Shown here: positions 42,255-46,919 of the stretch, in pieces
How positions within the stretch are numbered: the first letter of the stretch is position 1
How the letters are laid out: each line of letters begins with the position of its first letter
Source of the DNA: Octopus sinensis
Lineage: Eukaryota
Length of the DNA stretch: 46,919 nt
Direction of reading: 5' to 3'
Assembly (NCBI RefSeq): GCF_006345805.1
Contig: NW_021835173.1
Span: 1-46,919, forward strand
Made by a program: the position numbers and the translations under genes
The notes under the pieces: generated by a model
Databases searched by the model: none
Told to the model about the DNA's origin: nothing
Seen by the model: only the letters and a program-made list of their open reading frames with translations

Positions 42255-43105
42255 GACAATAATCAGATAAGACAATGTCCGGCAAATATGGTGTGTGGGG
42301 CATTCGTTTCCCATTCAAATGACTTCGGCCTTTGGATTGTCACCCTTGCTGTATGTGAGCGAGCATTATCTTCATGGAAGAACACCTTTCGACTTGAAAG
42401 CAAAGATAATCATTTTTCTTCTAGCGCTGATTTAAGCCGCTCAAGCTGCTCGCAGTAGATCTGTTTTGTTATAATTTGGTTTGGATTTAAAAGTTCAAAG
42501 TTTACTAAACCTTTCATATCCCACCAAACTGACGACAACTGATTACGTGTTTAGCTTGAGGTGCCGGAGTTTCTCCTTCCTCTACCCACTCTTTTCGGCG
42601 CTTGAAATTTTTATATAGAAACCATTTCTCCTCATCAGTAACTATTCTCTCCAAAAAAAGGTTCATTCGTGAAACGTGACAGCAAAGAAGAGGAAACATT
42701 CGCGCTCTGTGCGCGATTAGATTCGGAAAGTTTGTGAGGAAGCCGCTGCCCCAATTCACTGACTTTCCCGATGGCACGCAGGTGTCGATAAATGGTTGAC
42801 TGACCAGATCCAAGTTACAATGGGATTTTCTTCCACCAGGGTTTGCAGGACGTCCTCATCGAGCTCTACAGATCTTCCAAGATGAGGTTTGTCTTCTAGG
42901 CTTCAGTTTCCGGCTCGGAGTTTCTGGAACCACTGTTGACACTGGCTTACGCTTATTGTCCGATCCTCATACACTGCATTAATATCCCTTGCCTTTTCCG
43001 TTGCCTTCTTGCCTTTACTGAACTCATAAAGCAAAATATGCCAAATATGTCCCTTTGTCACTTCCGTTATAGATACGAAAAAGTAACGGTTAAAATCGAA
43101 CTGCA
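42255..43105 (-). mobile_element. Degenerate mariner transposase (arm B copy)
   Basis: ORFs 42903-43106 and 42514-42813 mirror the arm A mariner fragments. Confidence 0.85.
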
Positions 43106-43615
43106 TTCTTTAAAACTTGCATTAAGAATAAAAATATGGTAAAATTGCCATCTGCTTTTACAGGTAAAATTACAACCTGGTTTTACAGGTAAAATTACTA
43201 CCTGCTTTTATAGCAAGTTGATGCAGGCAGTTTATCCCTTTCGGCTTTGACATTTAGATTATGCAACTGAAAAATCTGCATTATTTATGGTTTTTTTTTC
43301 AATATGTAGACCAATTATAAAAATCTGAAAGACTCTCTCTCTCTCTCCTCTTCCCACAGCCTAATGAGAGGCGTTTTCAAAATAGTAGGGGTAAAGTCAC
43401 TTTCCCTACTTAACAGTAATATAGATTTGAACGTAGTATATCCGCTTTCTGCGTTCAAGAGATGAAATAATTTAACACAAAATTCCGGCATATTTTTTAT
43501 CAAGCAATTATCTTCAGAATATTCTGGAAACCTGGATTTTAATTTTTTTTTAATATACCCTGGATTGTAAAGTTGATTTAATATTCGTATTTTGATGTGA
43601 AGTTTTTATACTTAC

Positions 43616-43742
43616 GGAAGAATTCCACCGAAAAAATCTGATGAATGGAAAGAAATTTTCTGGTACAAATACACCAATATATTTGAACACATCTTGAAAA
43701 TGTTGAACGATCTCCTGAAACTCAGAATCACTGTATTTGATC
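43616..43742 (-). CDS. P450 copy B exon 3 (open, diverged)
   Basis: IKYSDSEFQEIVQHFQDVFKYIGVFVPENFFPFIRFFRWNSS; 8 of 127 nt differ. Confidence 0.9.
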
Positions 43743-43824
43743 CTTCAAAAAGAAAACAGCAAAACATCATACATTCATAGCATGGCCGCAGTCAAATGAC
43801 TAAAACATGTAAAAGAATAAAAGA

Positions 43825-43862
<38 letters not shown>

Positions 43863-44189
43863 ATATACTTTCAATAATAATAACGAGTAAAATTAATTAA
43901 TTAATAATTCGGTATGTTAAAATAACTTTTATCGGTAAACTTATACAAAAATTCTATAATTATAAGCATAATTATAATTAAAGAGATGTAAAATTCCTAT
44001 TTACTCACTTATTTCCAACTTCAGTGTAGTATTTCACGTATAAGTTTGAAAGTACTTAATAATTAAATACGCATTCGACCAAGCGATATCGAATAACTAA
44101 TATCCAACAAACAGCACTTCCAAATTTATACGGACGAATAACGAATTCACACGTCTTAATTATAGAATTTATATATATATTTAAGATTG

Positions 44190-45400
44190 ATGCCTGTTCA
44201 CGTTGAAGGCGGGAGACTTGGTGACACCTGTGCTGACACAGTCAGAACATGGACAGATGTAGCGAATGACTGGTAGAGCGGAAGTGGCGCGAGACCGGGC
44301 TGTCATTGCCAAATCTGATGTCTCGGAGGTGCTCCGCGAACCACTCGGTCAAGCGGTGTCCCTTTTGACCAATGTACAGAGAAGGACAGAGGGAGCAAGT
44401 GATGCTGTAAATAACATTACTAGAGGTGCAGGTAAAGGAATCGGTGACGAATGGGCGGGCCATGAGTTGAGATTGAGTCACAAAGTCATGGCCGTCACTG
44501 CATAACCTGCGTAGACACAGGAATTGGGATTAGGGAATGGAGAGCTTGGTGTGGGTTGAGTGGGAGGAGGAGAAGTTAATGTAGGAGTGTGAGTCAGTAT
44601 GCTTAGATAGAGGTTGCTGACAGAAATGTCGAGAAATTCGATGGAAGAGTTAGAGATAGTAGAGGAGAATTCGAGGTTAGGCTGAAAGGATTGGACAGAA
44701 AAAAGGAAGGAGTCCAGTTGTTCGCGGGAGAGTGAGGTCACGCCGATACAGTCGTCTATATAACGACCGTATAGCTCGAGAGTGAGACCAGTGAATTGTG
44801 AGAATATTTGGGCCTCATCGTAGCCAATGGACAGGTTCGCACAGTTGAGGCTCATTCTCGTTCCCATGGCCACTCCCGAAACTTTTGGTAAAACTCCACC
44901 GCGAACAAGAAGTAGCTGAGGGAGTGGAGAAGTTCAACCAGACGTGTGGAAATGTCAGGTTGAGGGTTAAGCCGATGGTCAAGGAAGGGTTTAAGCGCAA
45001 GAATTCCTTCGTTTTATGGGATCACCGTATACCGAGTCCTAATGTCAAAAGTGAACAGAATTTGAGAGGGTTGAGAAGGGAAGCTGAAAGAGTTAAACAG
45101 ACGGAGAGCATGATTGGTATCGTGAATGTGTAAGGAAAGGGAAGCTATTAGGGGGCAAGGACACGGTCGAAGTATTTGGAGAACATTTCTGTGGGGCTGT
45201 TACTGGTGGAGACGATAGAGCGGCCAGAATTGTTAGGCTTGTGAATTTTGGAAATGAAGTAAATAGTGGGTGTGCGTGGGGTACGGACAATGAAGTTGGA
45301 GGCGGTGGGAGGAAGACAGGAGGAGGAAATGAGGTCATGAATAGTGGAAGACACAGTCTGTTGGTAGTTAGGTGTGGGGTTGGAGGGGAGTGGGCAAGAA
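44190..45400 (-). mobile_element. Degenerate Penelope-like element (arm B copy, slightly more complete)
   Basis: RYIDD RT and CSLC..LYIGQ GIY-YIG motifs; retains two short segments deleted in arm A. Confidence 0.88.
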
Positions 45401-45721
45401 TATGAGAGGTTTAGTTCACTGATGATCTAAACAAACGGTACGGTGCGTATGTGCTATAACCGGTCATCCGTGAGGTTCGGTGTTCACAGCTAAGGCTGGA
45501 TTTAGTGATCCGTAGTAGGCTTTCAAGCCTGCAGGTATATATTAAAGAAAAATGGAAAAGAAAACCAAGGCAGGACGAGTATCTCAGGTCATTAGAATAT
45601 TTGATTGAAGTGAATCAAAAATGGAGAAATAGAAGTTGTTACTCCGACTCCATTTCTTATTCATCTTACTCTAACTAAATATTCTACATGAGATACTCAT
45701 TCCGCCTTGGTTTTATTTTTC

Positions 45722-45850
<129 letters not shown>

Positions 45851-46188
45851 AGACAAATACGGAAGGAATCAAGAATATTTGCATAATCTAAACAAAATTG
45901 AACTAAGATAGATAACTCAGAGTGACCAATAGCATGTATTTGAAGAACATAGACAGAAAACAGGTATATTAAATATGATACAATATAAATTCATGCTTTC
46001 CTAGAATGATACAAGCTTCTAGAAAATGTGTTGGCATTACCAAAGAATAGAGAACAAAATCTTAATAGAAAGGGAGATAAGCTCAAAGAACAAGAATTCT
46101 CCATGTATACACCCAAACATACACGTTCACACACCCACGTATATATACACACACACACTTACATACACACATTCTTTTATTCTCACAT

Positions 46189-46573
46189 TCTTTTACTTGT
46201 CTGAGACAGTTGATTGCGGCCATGCAAGAGCACCACTTTGAAGGGTGCTTTAGTCAAATAAATCAAACACAGGACTTATTTCTTAAGCCTAGTACTTATT
46301 CTTTTGAAGTCTTTTGCCGAACCGCTAAGTGACGCGGACGTAAACACACCAGCATCGGTTGTCGAGTTATGATGGATACACAAACACACACACAGACATA
46401 CGCACTCAAACATATACATACACACGACGGGCTTCTTTCAGTTTCCGTCTACCAAATCCACTCACAACGCTTTGGTTGGCCCGAGGTTATAGCAGAAGAC
46501 TCTAATCCAAGTGCTACGCAGTGGGACTGAACCTGGAACAATGTGGTTGGGAAGCAAACTTCTTACCACACAA
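46189..46573 (-). mobile_element. SINE family B, near full length, arm B only
   Basis: Same head and tail motifs as 32033-32486. Confidence 0.78.
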
Positions 46574-46630
46574 CTAACGCAAACACAAACATACACACCC
46601 ATATATTTCTGGATCTGTACTGCTACTCAC

Positions 46631-46856
46631 CTTTTACCAAATATGATATTGTATATGACACTCGAAGTGAAGAGTGGCAACTGTTTATTTAAGGAGAACG
46701 GTTTACCATTTTGAGATTGAAAAGCTTCGCCTAATCTCTGGGTTTCTAAAGATATCTTTTCTTCCAGAACTTTTTTGCCTACTCCTAGTTCCCGAAGTGC
46801 TGACATGGTAAACTTTCTCTGGTCTTTCCATTGTTTTCCAGAACTAAAAACGATAC
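46631..46856 (-). CDS. P450 copy B exon 2 (open)
   Basis: (G)IVFSSGKQWKDQRKFTMSALRELG..QLPLFTSSVIYNIIFGKR; 5 of 226 nt differ. Confidence 0.9.
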
Positions 46857-46919
46857 CTGAAACAATGAAAGTAAAAATAAGCTTTTCAAAATATCTTTTG
46901 TTTTGAAATATTTAAAACT

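Overview
AT-rich, microsatellite-dense eukaryotic DNA. The SINE-like repeats and (TACA)n/(TA)n/(GATA)n load resemble octopus (coleoid cephalopod) genomes; this is recalled, not verified. The one complete gene is an 8-exon clan-2 (CYP2-like) cytochrome P450 on the + strand (8705-25502, 498 aa, all GT-AG junctions in frame, FGSGPRMCSG heme motif). From 12353 onward the window is one giant inverted duplication (arm A 12353-30319, ~746-bp spacer, arm B 31066-46919 and probably beyond). It carries a second, convergent copy of the P450 (exons 2-8 on the - strand, 46856-35639). The arms are a mosaic of identical and clearly diverged tracts. Amino-acid changes between the copies fall largely in substrate-recognition regions, and copy B has indel-only frameshifts that look like long-read errors. 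The remainder is transposon debris: Penelope-like elements (PLEs), mariner, Helitron, CR1/L2-type and R4-like LINE fragments, two SINE families and a MITE. A less obvious layer is a set of minimal type-I hammerhead-ribozyme motifs of the PLE type. One has a fully intact core (2961-3059) and several decayed ones lie in the P450 introns. All long (MYVC)n/(HTYI)n/(YI)n ORFs are microsatellite artefacts.
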